A stretch of 64,000 bases of DNA, taken from the NCBI RefSeq assembly GCF_964204645.1, contig NC_134026.1:1821950-1885949 (forward strand), given 5' to 3'. How positions within the stretch are numbered: the stretch's first letter is position 1; every line of letters starts with the position of its first letter. The translations under genes were made by a program, and so were the position numbers. This DNA is from Tubulanus polymorphus. Its lineage: Eukaryota; Animalia; Nemertea. This document shows, one piece after another, positions 48,001-60,862 of the stretch. Under the pieces are notes generated by a model, which was not told the DNA's origin, made no database searches, and saw nothing but the letters and a program-made list of their open reading frames with translations.

Positions 48001-51000
48001 TGCATACAAAATACCGTTGAATTTTTTGAAACTTATTCCACCAGAAATTCAATTGTTGAATTGAAATTGATTGTTTATATCCAGATCATCCAGGAGACAG
48101 CTTCATTTTTGCATTCTAGTGAGGATCGAAATTGTGCACTGAATTAATGTATTCAGAGTAAGAGGGAATCCACGCCTGGTTGACTAGGGATTAAGCACCG
48201 GTCTCCACCAATCCCTGACTGACCATAGATTTTTTTACCTCGGCACACGACACTGCTACATTTCCCCAAACAAGATAACTGCTGGTAATCTAGAAACAAA
48301 TAAGTTTTATCAATGCTATCTAATGTATATTACTGACAGTCAAAACCACGGACAATATTGTTCAACCTCGCTCAATTAATCTGTAATGATATTATTACCT
48401 TTCACACTGCATTCGCTTTAAAAAAAAGTGTTTATTGGAATATATTCCTGTTGAATAACTATGAACTAACCAACAGTTTTATTTTTCCATCCGTGGCATT
48501 AACTATGAACTCGAGAATGACAGGTGAACGAATGCAGGGTAAAATGTAGAATTAATTCGTTGTTAATGGTAAAAATAATAAATTTGATAAAAAATAGACA
48601 TATTACAAACAGCATTATATTTCATTGCAAGCCCAAAGTTGTAATAGTTTGTGATAGGCTGATAGCCTGGCAAAAATGAGAGACAGCCATTTTTTACTTG
48701 ATCGAAGGAAATTCATCCACGAAACCATTAAAATGATACCATTAGAGACCGCGAGTTTATTTTATCCGAAGTTATCAATCATTTTCACCGCAAGCCAATC
48801 AGACCTATTTTGTAATATAGGATATAAAGGGATCCCGGACACCGGCTGAGAGTGTGATGTGTGGGGTGATTGAACGTTGCAGCATTGCAATTTTTACCTC
48901 TTCACATTTTAAAGCTAAATGACTCCATAATAAATGACTGGCTGCCACCTACAGATAAATTCATCAATTTCTAAAAGAAATTTTCTCCCAGAAAAATTTA
49001 CGGTTGCAAATAAATGCACTCTTTAACGTCATCGGTTTATTAATTTTTCGTGTGAATAAAGAAAACATCACGAAATTTTAACCATAGGATCAGTTTTATC
49101 GGAGGTGGAATGATTCAGAACAAATATCTATAAATATATATACATGTCGAAAAATTATAGGGTCAGTGTGAAAGATGCTAAATAAATGTGAATCGCTCGA
49201 GAAGATGTTTCAAACAATTATGCGAATCGGTGGAATGTTTGTTTTCATCATGGTATTTATACCCGGGGTAAAATGAATGCGACCTTTTGTACGTGACGTT
49301 TTATATCATTGGTTATTTGTCTCGAATGATGAGTGGCGCGCGCCGGACGTGATTGCCATTAGGCAAACGATCAACCAATTACTGCAATTTACTGAATTTA
49401 ATTCTACGCGAATTCCAAGCCATCAGGTTTATTTTTGAAAAAACGAAACCAACTCGTCTGTGTATAAGATGTGCATCGTGCCGACCAAAACGGCGATGAA
49501 AATGCTCAAGTTCACGTAATGATTAATAGTTATAATGTAAACATTCATTGTTTGTAGACCCGGCAATACACGAAAATAAATATGGCTATTAAAGACAACA
49601 GGCATTTTAGATTGCGGTATCCATTGCATTCATATAATACGGCTGTAGCCCGACTACACTGAAATTGCCTGTTTGTAGGAAATGGCTGAAGAAAATATTA
49701 TATTTGATATCAAATATCAAGGACGTGAGGACCGACCTCCCTGCAAATAACAATCATTCGGATAAATCTCATAAAACGGTCCACAGCGACGAAGCGTTGG
49801 TAAATTCGTAAATTCGAATTTTTTTTGTTCGAGCTAAATCTGAATTTCCTACCTCTTCATCTTCTTCGGCAAATGCAGCGGTTCCGACGTTTCTGTACAG
49901 TTCTACCACACCTGATTTATAACGAATATAATTCAATATAGAACAAATACAATTCAATTTCGGGGTTTGACATATATTGCTGCATACAAGAAAAGATATA
50001 GAAAAGTTTTTAAATTTTTCAATATTTATCGATGTGAATTTCATGTTTTTAAAAGCTCACCAACGACTTGTCCATTAGACTGAGTAATTGGTTGCGCTAA
50101 TACTGTTTGTGCATGGTCACCCCCGATACCAATCCCTTCTGGAAATCTTTCATCCTGAAATATCACACGAACTCATGCAGTCAAATAACTATAAATACCA
50201 CGGATGATACTATATTTAAAATAAATGATAAATGGTCTGTGCTCATATTTCACTAATGATAAGTCAGTCACTCACTCCTAGTATTTCACTGGTGCGTATA
50301 GTCTCTTTAGTCGTAGCTACGTAAGCCGACAGAGTCGTTCCTTTTCCTAGTTTTCTCGAAGAAACGGCACCACTGAAATTAGGTTGGTTCTTCTGATTAG
50401 ATATAGGATACGCAGTAACTAACTAATACTTGAGGTATTAATGATGTAGTGAATATAAATGATGATTCCGCGAACTCATTAATGAGTGGTTGTCATATTT
50501 GCATCTAAATGATCAAATCAAATAGGCAATTCGTTTTAACATTATGCTATCCTCTCGGTGTAAACTTACTCTTTCGAATTCGGATTAAAATGTGATATCG
50601 TCTGAAAAAGAATTGAGAAAAGAACTTAATTTCCGACTCGAAAAATATGACCGGAATAAACCGAAAACATCCGAGATGATGCATGCCTACCTGGCCACAG
50701 TCATCAACAAGATATAAATTGTATCCATCAGCATTAATAGCTGCAAAACAAAAATGATATTATCTGTGAAATGTTTGTACTACTTTTAAGGGTGAAAATG
50801 ATAATGGCTTGCAACGTTATTATTTACCAGCCGCGACACAGCTAACCAGTTCATTGAGGACTTGAGCTTTATTTTGATGTTGATGAATATCCCTCGTCAA
50901 TTCTTGAAGCATTTTTCGTTTGTCGGCGTGTACGCAGAACTAGTGAGAATATTATACAAAAATAACCAATTATCTGTGTAAAAACAGATCCACATTGACT

Positions 51001-54000
51001 TTGACTATGATCATCTTACCTTCCATTTTGATAAGCTAACCCTCCTTTCTTCTTGCGAATCGATTTCTGAAATATGGAATTTATTTTCAACTAAGGTCGT
51101 AATGTTTACTTATTTCTTCATGAAAATGCACGATATCCCGATGTGGTTTTACAATAGAGATACATAAACGGCATTCGAACTGAATACTTACGAGATAATG
51201 TGTTTTCTAGGCCATTTTTCTGTTTAGCGTGTTTTTGATTGTGAGTCCGTCGTATTAGCCAACGTTCTAATTGTTCTATAGCTACATTTGATATGAGATA
51301 TTTTTCTAAGAAGTCCGGATTTTCATTGAGATACGCTGTCACCAGTTCAGGACTCAGGTCTGTAAAAACAAATCGTGTTGTTGAGTATCTTTAAGGTGCT
51401 AAATCATTTTAAACTTTAAACTTCATAAAACATAGCGATTATATCACGTTTCAGTCTGAAAGCTCTTTATTCCGATTTTCATTTTCGATACGAAACATTG
51501 ATTTGAGTGAATACACATTTGGAAGCAATATCTACAGATGAAATTACATCCCACATCCCATGTGTCAGGTTTCATTTCAATTCTCATAATGCAGCATCAC
51601 CCATGAGATTTCAGATTTCGATTTAACGTATAATTAGCACATATACCTTATGATGTCATGAGTTTCGTCGGTAATTCAAAACTCATATACACGCATTGCC
51701 TTTACATTTCGCAATTAACTACTCTTGTTGCGTAAATCGTCTATGTTTGAGGTGAAATATTTCAATTTCATCTCGATAAAAAACAACAAGACCCAGTTCC
51801 ACAGTTGTGAGTTAGAGTTAACTCTGAGTAAAAGTTAGTTCATTTTCAATGGGTTTACTCAGAGTCAAATCTTAACTCGGAACTGAGGAACTGGACCCAG
51901 AAATATATCTTAAATTCACTTCTCGAAACCAGTTTACTACGGCAGGAATATGATATCTGAAATACCTATTATCAATTTTTCAATCTTAATGGCCACAAAC
52001 GATCTTTTGGAATTTTTCATGAAGATCGCTAATGAAGGATTAAGGGACCTCTAGAATTTTAGTCTGCGTGTGAAGAAATTCGTCTGTTGACAGATTGTCA
52101 TATTAGCAGCAGTTACGTATCGATTCTAGTAGAATATAACAACTCTTGTGATCAATCACGATTTCACCTTCTTAAAAGGTTAAATTCACTACGCTTGTGG
52201 AATACATCAGTTTTAGCTTTGGCGAATTCTGTGAACAATTCGAATCTTGAATAAGTTTGTGCCCAAACTGCAGAACAAAACTAACCTTGAACGTGAACTT
52301 TAGAATTCCTGCGAGTAGAAAATCGCCCCAAGCAAAAACAAGCTTTTAAAAGACCATCACAATCGTAACCAGCCATATCGTATTATCTGAACCAGAACTC
52401 GCCGCTTCTCATTCTTATTAATGATAATTAATTGATATCCGTGAGACGCCAACTACGTTCGTACTATATATAGTTCATTTACAGTGCACGTATTTGCAAC
52501 CACACTAGATCCATCCGGACACAATTCTGAATAATTTCACGTATATATGACATTCTAATACCATCTCGGCTGCTGCTGCTAGTTTCAAAGGTCTGATAAT
52601 TGACGAAGTAATAGACGCAGCTTCCAGCTAAACAAGAATTCGAATGTACATACACACACCGACATACGCAAGTTTATACATACTAGATATATACACATAC
52701 AACGGGCTCTAAATATATTCAGTAATTTCAGGTATCTTATCAGTCCACCAAGAGGCTAGAGAGTTCAAATACCAGCTTTAAATAAATGCCGACTAATAGC
52801 AAATAACTGATCATAAATCTGCGAAAGAAAAATAACTACCCGGTAGTTTTTTATTTTACTTGATCGTTTAATTAAAAGATGGTCGTTTTAGAGAATAATT
52901 TCTTAACGAACTGTGACTGTTGTCGTTAATTTGCTTTTACTTACCATTCAAACTGAGTTTCCTTTTAATACCCGAATCAAGTTTACAATTGTTAGAATTT
53001 ACCGCGGCAACTTGTTCCTTAATTTCCGTCATTTGGATGGCGCTTCCAGAACTCATACACTGTCCCATTATATATCCGTCAGACACCGGAGCCCTCCCTC
53101 CTAATCCGATGCCAATAACCGAAATTCTATAATATATCCCGATGCGAATAGTCACGTATAATTCCTTCGTTGTAGCTGATTTATGATGTTTATCATTTAC
53201 TTCCTTCTCATCGGTAGAATGATGATCATTAGAAATGTTTGTCTGTCATGATTATATTAATAAGAATATATACCGTTACACGCATATAGAATATAGATGT
53301 GTGGTCACGCCTGCTCTGCAAGAGGCACTCGCGTCAGTCGAACCAACACAACGGCGCTTCATTAACTGACTTATCCTTACCAACGTAAACTGTGTCCAGT
53401 AAATTACTTGTGCCAGTCCGTAATATTGTCATTATTAATATTGATATATGTCTAATATAAACGTAGTGTGAAAGATAACAATATTGTGACCAGCGCAGTG
53501 AATCTAGCTGATAACGCGCTTTGATAATAGTGTCCAGCTATTGACATTCCGGACGTATCAACTAATCACCAAGTCTCCAAACGAGATTTACAGATCACTC
53601 ACATGATTATGTATAATACATCAAATTGAATCTCATTCCTCACGCTCAACTTAAGCTATATCCAGCAGCGTCCCTCGGTGAATAATCAGTTCCTTACTTC
53701 GTCAACAGAAAGATTTGGTAAAAATGTTACCCGTAAAATGCCATCGTTGCTGTGCTATTAATCCCACATCTATTAAATTGCGCAGAAAGTTGGATTTAAA
53801 GTATCGATTTAACTCTGGGGTTCTATAATCCGCATGGCATCACTCACCATGGTAATCCCCTCACATCATAAACACATTCGTGCATGTTTTATATTTTATT
53901 AGATTTCGACTAATACTCGTTATTTAACGCTTCACGCGTTTCGCGATTGTATCAATTTAAGAACTAAATGCAACAACAGATGGCAATAACAAACCTACTG

Positions 54001-57000
54001 AGAGATGAGAGAAAAGAGAGGCGATAGACGTAATGTAGATGGAACGTAATAAAAATTCGCCCAGTAATCATAGAGATCGGCTATTGCGTTAACAAGAACT
54101 CGGCGTAAAAAAAAATCTAATGTAATAGTAACCTTTTAGATTACAACACGTGTTCATTGCAATTATGGTGAATAATGCCCATCAATTTCGAGCTACTGAA
54201 TAAATCCTACGCTTCAAAGTCGAACATACACATACCCAAAACGTGTAGAGATTTATTGAAGAAATGTGAGTTTAAGATTTTAGAAATGTTAGGTTTGAAT
54301 TACCCAGTAGGTAGCCATGGACGAAACTGTTTTGTGGCCATTCTTAAATTTTTCTAAATATTTATTTTCCTGTTATACGTTTTATCATTTGAATAATGTA
54401 TGGTATCGTTTATGATAAGTAATTCGAATACTTACTATTGTTATTATCATGGTCTATATCGTGTCTACCTCGTCGACAGTTCATGGCAGACAGAACTAAC
54501 GCTAAAGCATTCTGCATCTGTTATTTTAACTATCCAAAGTATGTTTGAAGTATTTAAAACATGCGGGTGATAAATTCCAAATCTCGCTGCGCAAAAACTT
54601 CAGTTTTATTCGATTTAATCCATTATGAAACAACAAACAAATTTGACCGAAAAAAAAGTAGTCGAATGCAGGATTAGAAATAGTCGTATCCAGACGGTTT
54701 TTGGTATACACAGGTGTGTATTTCAGTGCTTTAGTTTTCTATAGCGTTGTAATTTCTATATAGAAATCGTTACTGCTCAGGTTATAAAGATCGTGTAGCG
54801 TGACCTGCCACAGTGACGCAAAACTTGCAGCGAATCAGTGTACCATAACCGGCTTATTCCATAAACAACTATTTGTGATTAAATCAACGCATAGGCTATC
54901 CGCAAATGATCTCCTTCATTATCATAACAATTCCTGTAAACGTCGCAAAGCATTTCACCCTTTGAAATACGTCAGAGAAGGCAGTTTATTTTTGGGTATT
55001 TATTTTTGAATGTGAAAAAGTTTTCGAACTATAAAGACCATAAAAAAAGAGAATCGTTATTATCTGATATTCGCGACCATTCAGTCACAGTGAATTAAAT
55101 GTTAGTGTTTAAAAATGCCAGTCAAACACAATATCTAGAATATAAATGATTCGTTTTGCAAGAGCCCTGACCTGAATTACGCGCACCTTCGAAATGAGCG
55201 TTAAAAAAAATAAAGAAATCGTATCAATCGTTTGTATATGATAAAAAATGAAATTGAATGACAACTTTCTGGTTGATTAAATGGATTTATGCCAGCGGAG
55301 ATATCGGGTTACTGATCACATGGCACATTTACACGTTCTGACGTTCATGCCCTATCTATTAAATGACCTATCCGGACTCGAGTGCAGCGGATCCCGAGAA
55401 TTACAGCACCAGATGTGGAATTGTCCGAAATCTTCGATTATAAACGTTGCCATAACAATCGATCTCAAATGATATAACAAATTATCAGATATTCCCTTGA
55501 CGGAAAATTCAAAACAAAAGCACATACCCCCCCCCCTCCCCCAATAAGCCGTAAAATTAGCACATATCCATCAGGAATACAATGGAGGGTGCGGTGATTC
55601 ACTTTGGAAGCGAATCAATGACACTATAAATATGTAAATAGACAATTTCCTGAAGCGCTTCCAATTTATGATGAATATTTTAATCAACGATGAAAAAACC
55701 TAGAAAATTGATATGGCGCGGTAAACTGCAAATACGCGCCAAAATAGAAAAATTGAGTTATCGGTCTTTGAGTAAACTGAGAGTGCCAGTGTTGTGTGTG
55801 CGTGTGTAGATTCCGCTTTCCTTGTGTAATTATCGGAATGAAATCATATTTCAGTAAACCCTGAATACAATTCAATAAGAACCAGACTGAGACAGACATT
55901 TTCCACAGACAGACAGATGAACAGGTTTTTTTTCTAATTTGTTTGCGATATGACTAATTTCCCACGGTTTCAATAGTTCTCAAATAATAGGAAACAATAT
56001 ACGCTCGTTTTTCAGCTGGAAATGAAACTGATTAAGTGTGATTACTACGTCGAGTTATATTGAGTTGATATTTTTGTGTACTACGTCATCAATATAGGGG
56101 CTAGACTGGTTACCATCTAAATTCAAAATATTTTATCCAAATCATCTTATTCATTGTCGACATTATCAAGCGACATATATGTACGTTATTTTTCAAAGCA
56201 TCAATAAACTTTCAAATTAGTTTTCTAGTTATGCGTCATTTCCGATCAACCGATATGATGTCGGCTTTGATCGATCTGATATATCCGGCTAAATGGACTC
56301 CTAATGAGGCGACGATACCTGTACAAAGAAAACACTACTGTCTGGTGTTATCTTCAATTACCACCTACGTCATCAACTCATTCCCGCTTATAACGCCCTC
56401 GTTTCCTCAGAACAACCATTCTCTCTATACATGCCTTCTTTAACCCGAGTTGATTTCCACGGATTGATGCCTAAAATCTACTGTTTCCTTGTTTTGCAGC
56501 AACCAACACATCCATTTCATCTCGAATATCACTATTTTCCTATTTTTTTACTACGTATTTAGTCCGGGTTCGCGAAGCCCATTGAGGTATACATCTACAT
56601 TTGGCTTTTCTTCACAGATCCGGCCACATAAAACTGTACAATCATAATATATAATCGTGTATTGTTTGTAACATCTTGTACGGTAATAGATAGGCTACCT
56701 ATCAAATTTGTTAATTTTCGATTATTCAAATCAAGTTTTAACTACAACGGTGGAGCAGGATCTGGATACCATACATTTGCAATTTTGTAGCTCGGGTGAC
56801 GGTACATTCTAGTGTGCTGAAGGACGTTTCCAAGGTCAATGATGTAAAATCAAAGGTTTGAGAGAGAGGATGCGTCGTTCCACAAAATATAATGATTTAT
56901 CGCGTTCTTACTCATTGACCGTAAATATAATGATTAATAAGACATCCCTTCGCGCTTCAATGGACATTAATTACTCAAAAGCCACGATTCCGTTGCTAGG

Positions 57001-60000
57001 AATAAAATTTTGATGATGAATGATCGCCTTGGAGATTCAGCGTTCCGACAATTGCAGCTATCAAATAGGGACACGTGAACCGTATCGGTTTTGGTGGAGA
57101 AAATCACGAATCTTTCCCCAAACCCGTTTGAAATACTTCCGTTCGAATGATTTATGGGAAATAGTGAAAATCTTACCATTTGAAGTCATTGGACGGTTTT
57201 GGTGACTTCCGTTCAAATGAGCGTATGGCTGGCCTGAAAGAGACACATCAATAAGCAGTCAATATCACCGTCTGGAAAGTGAGCGCTCTATTCAATAAAG
57301 CAATAATCAATAAGTGTTACCGCCATTATCCCATCCTGCAAAATCATTAAACAGATTTATTACCGAACGATAGAAAAAAACATATGTATTTCTCGCAATA
57401 TTATCATGAAAAATAAACTCGTTGTTATCATCGTTAGTAAAATCAAAAACCTGGGATTCATGAATCGTTATTGCACTCATTTCACAAAATGAATATTAAA
57501 TACAGGTCGCATTAAAGAAACCCATGTCAAACGAGATGAAAAACAGCACCGTGAGGTTGTGTGTATATGTCTTGTTATCAATTAATCAAATTGGGTATTT
57601 GATGTGTTTTAGTAGAATTAATTACACCCGATGAGTACGTGTTATTACGCACATCAGAACCACCCACCGGTAGCAGACTCTCTACTTAGTTCGGCAATAT
57701 TTTTGCTCGTAAGAAAATGAACGCGTTTTACTGAGAGTTTCCGTTTGCGCCCTTTTGAGTTGTATACGTGGATACTTCGATGGACTGAAATATAACGTAA
57801 ACGGTTGTCGTTTAAGCGGCGAAAATTAAACTGAAACTTATTCGTCAGTTTGGAAGATAATATAACGACACTCGTCTGACGTTTAAACCACTCGACTCTC
57901 GGATTCTTTCCATGTCCCGGTCAAGATGATCACTATACATTAAGACGACCGGCTAAGTCCCGGTCTCGACTACGTGGATTACATCGCCCATCAGCGTCGT
58001 CGTGGGAATTGGATGGAATATTCGATTTCCATTTTATATATCGAAAACCTGTGCGCGTGATGTATGTTGTATAAATGTACTAATATATACATTAAGAATC
58101 TGAATGGATACTTCTTGAGAGTTCAATGATGAATGCTAATCAACGTCGCGAATTCCATTTACGTCGATATGAAAGATGAGAACCTTTAACAGACGAGATC
58201 CGTTTACTGGAAACCTGGCAGCTATTCACATTTAAAGCTGTGTAGTAATTTCCCTAGCGTGATTCTCTCATACAATGAGACCAGTACCTGGATAATTATA
58301 CACGTCAGATGAAAAGTGACACGTCGCCAATAGCCATCGGAATAAATCTGAATTGGATCTCGATTATCTTTGCCTCTCGCACGGCGGATCTCATTTTGAA
58401 CTATTTTACACGCGCCTATAGTCATATGCATAATCATAAATATTCAAAGCCTTAAAATATGACATACACACAGGTACCAAAATAGACTCATAACAGTATT
58501 GTATTTATAAATGGCCTGAGAGATATAGGCTTTACGTGTAGTTTTGATCAGGTGAATGAACAAGTGTCTAATAACGCTATACATCGGGCGAGAAAGTAGA
58601 AATTCAGAAAAGAAACGATGACCTAAAAAATAACCCTCATTCAAACATCAAACTCAGATCGCTTTCATTAAGAAACCGTGGAAACGATTGTCATCTATAG
58701 ATATATTTTGCTCATAGCCACGAATGGGTTGATTCTTTGTTTGATTTTTTTTTTTGTAATGCTTTCGGGACGATCATTTCAAAACATCAATAGGTAAACG
58801 CCATTAACAGCGAGTATTGATGTCGTTTTGGCCGAGTTTGCCGTTGAAATTAATTTTGAGTTAGCAGCGAACATGTCAATATCAGTGACCACATCGCAAG
58901 CGCGTTGCGGGTTTATATCCATTGTGATAAAATTGATGTTTTTCCTGATCAATGCCAACCGTCAATAAACATTACCGGCGAATGGTTACTGTCTATACTT
59001 GATCAAACCATTACAGAGAGAGATATATCAACTCTCCCCTGGGGTATACCGTAGTTATGTGTTTTCCTAAAGGGACATATCGTTACAGAAGGAAGATGCG
59101 ATTCAGATATACGTAACATCTACATACACCAAAAATGAGTGAAAACAACCACCGAATGTAAAACATATGAAATATCGAAAATATCAACGACAAAATGATA
59201 TCCGACGAAACATTTCAAATTTTTATGAATTTCAGGGAATAACGTGAAATAGCCTAATTAGCATAATTATGATGATAAATATCGCGCGATTATCTGATAT
59301 ATAGATATAGTAATCCTACCTTATTGCGTCTGTTAATCTCTGCAAGCGTCGTATATAGACAAGATCGTTCGAACAAATACGTCTATATACGTGTATTTTC
59401 AGACGCAGTTTATTTATGGAGCTGATGGAAAAATATAGTACAACTATACTATCGATTACTGGTATTTGCAATATATATATTTGTATATATATTTATATTT
59501 TGCTCATAAACATTGACACCGTGCGACGGAGAAAGATGTTTCAATCTACGTTCGAGCAAATTCGAAAGTTTCGAGGGTTACATTCTCAGAATTGTATTAT
59601 CGGAGAAATTTAAAACTACGCTCAGTTGAAAATGTGTTTGGCGCCAGATATGCTACTTCCCATTTGCGCATTTTACCTGTGCCATTTCGTTGCCACTTCA
59701 AATAGTTTTTTGTCAACCAATTGGCTTCCGTAATTTATGTGAATGAGTATTTGGACGAGGGGATGACTTTCTCTAATCCTTTTGTAAACCAAAAATTTTT
59801 TTTACTGTTTTTTTTCAAGATAATTGATTTGTGAATACTAACTATACAATAAAGATTACTTTCAAGATATTATTCGTAATATCGTATTCATTATAACGAA
59901 GATAATTCATATTGAATATGAGTATTCATTAACGGTATATCTGAAGCGAAAATGGATATAGCGAATCGTCGGCTGAGGGTTTGGAAGATATTTATTTCAC

Positions 60001-60862
60001 GTGTAAAAGGAGGAAATTATAATGAAAACGTAAACATGCCGCGTAAACGACCATAATGACTAGAGTACAAACCGAGCCAAATGTAAATATGAAAACCAGT
60101 CTATATTTGTTAAACTCGACTAAATCTTGGCCGTATATATGTAGTATAAATATACCTTCTTCACTTCGCTAGTGAATTCACTTGGCAATTCTATGTTCAT
60201 TCTGATGTAATATATACGTATATAGGCAGAATTGCAGAATTGCAGAATTGCCATGACGTACGAACGAATTTCATTTTAGATGCTTTTACGTAGTTGGAAA
60301 TGTCAAATGAATCAATAAGGTTGCGATATAAAGCCGTTGATATAGGTGTCTATATAATAGACATTCGTACACGGGTAAATAACAAGAAAATCTGCGAAGA
60401 AATCATTTCGGGGCATGCTCCCCGGTTACTATAGAAACATGCACAATACAAAGGTAGCAGTACCAGAGCGCATCGAACTCCAATAAAATTCCCGCAATAA
60501 TGCTTCAATCAGTTGTAAATTTCACTTGTCTGTTTAAAAGGTACATTTAGAAATGAATAATATATAATTTCAACGTTCAGTCAGCCATCTATCGATATCA
60601 AATGTTTACATCGTTTAGATTTGCGATGATGGCATTAGTTCGATTTACCTTTTCCTTTTATGACCATTCCAGTAGAATCAATCCCAGATCGGCTTACACC
60701 TTTACCGGATCCACCAGATCGTGAGCTGTACGTGCTTCTCATGTATGATGGACTACCCGTTTTTAATACGTTCCGCGACGGCACAGGGCTAAGCAGCTTA
60801 CCAGTTACCCCCGGCAGCGGAGGTAGTCGTCTAGAATTTATTTGCCGAGCAGGGCTAGACAT
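36032..60862 (-). CDS. PDE10A: GAF-GAF class I cyclic nucleotide phosphodiesterase, PDE10A-like (C. elegans pde-5 type); more than 25 exons with alternative exon clusters
   Basis: N-terminal [21 protein letters not shown]...LERWLIRR resembles the PDE10A N-terminal segment. GAF-A: [13 protein letters not shown]: [67 protein letters not shown]...F...DE. Catalytic domain: [44 protein letters not shown]. Stop codon at 36032-36034. Confidence 0.92.
37143..37254 (-). CDS. PDE alternative substrate-pocket exon, copy B (112 nt)
   Basis: ag|[38 protein letters not shown]|gtaaac, phase 2 to 0. Confidence 0.9.
37797..37908 (-). CDS. PDE alternative substrate-pocket exon, copy A (112 nt)
   Basis: ag|[38 protein letters not shown]|gtataa, phase 2 to 0. 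Confidence 0.9.
39511..39666 (-). CDS. PDE alternative HD-motif exon, copy B (156 nt)
   Basis: ag|[52 protein letters not shown]|gtaaga. Confidence 0.9.
39883..40038 (-). CDS. PDE alternative HD-motif exon, copy A (156 nt)
   Basis: ag|[52 protein letters not shown]|gtagtc. Confidence 0.9.
41996..42022 (-). CDS. Candidate 27-nt PDE microexon (ISLKDTDT)
   Basis: Strong acceptor TTTTCTCTCTTTTAG and donor AG|GTATAT. Phase 2-2 matches the host intron and there is no stop codon. Confidence 0.5.
42830..42973. mobile_element. MITE (~144 bp) with ~28-bp imperfect TIRs
   Basis: CAGGGGCCAGTTGCATAGTCGTGACTTA versus the reverse complement of the right end, CAGGGGCCGGTTGCGCAGTCATGGCTTA. Related copy at 10314. 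Confidence 0.85.
44595..44737 (-). CDS. PDE alternative GAF-B exon, copy B (143 nt)
   Basis: ag|[48 protein letters not shown]|gtttga, phase 0 to 2. Confidence 0.9.
45739..45881 (-). CDS. PDE alternative GAF-B exon, copy A (143 nt)
   Basis: ag|[48 protein letters not shown]|gtagaa, phase 0 to 2. Confidence 0.9.
47524..47574 (-). CDS. PDE alternative GAF-A C-terminal helix exon, copy C (51 nt)
   Basis: ag|[17 protein letters not shown]|gtatac. Confidence 0.8.
48239..48289 (-). CDS. PDE alternative GAF-A C-terminal helix exon, copy B (51 nt)
   Basis: ag|[17 protein letters not shown]|gtaaaa. Confidence 0.85.
48898..48948 (-). CDS. PDE alternative GAF-A C-terminal helix exon, copy A (51 nt)
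   Basis: ag|[17 protein letters not shown]|gtaaaa. It has the same length, phase and S-x-L-x-W...E pattern as copies B and C. Confidence 0.8.
51788..51900. mobile_element. MITE, same family as 35142-35257
   Basis: GACCCAGTTCCACAGTTGTGAGTTAGAGTTAACTCTGAGT...GAACTGGACCCAG is nearly identical to the 35142 copy. Confidence 0.85.
52945..53068 (-). CDS. Alternative first coding exon of the PDE, N-terminus MGQCMSS
   Basis: ATG at 53068 opens [19 protein letters not shown]...LSLN. The phase-1 GTAAGT donor is compatible with the phase-1 acceptor at 51359. Confidence 0.7.
57177..57233 (-). CDS. 57-nt internal exon of the long PDE N-terminus
   Basis: tctctttcag|[19 protein letters not shown]|gtaaga, phase 1-1 and in frame with the flanking exons. 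Confidence 0.65.
60649..60862 (-). CDS. Distal first coding exon of the PDE ([18 protein letters not shown]...)
   Basis: Open S/G/R-rich frame with a phase-1 GTAAAT donor at 60648 and an acceptor at 60987. A further donor at 61443 suggests a non-coding exon near 61444-61600. Confidence 0.65.

Noticed and set aside
37143-48948. Assembly artefact or tandem gene duplication as the explanation for the duplicated PDE exons
   Set aside because: The copies are strongly diverged, the flanking introns show no visible similarity, and the exons between clusters are single-copy.
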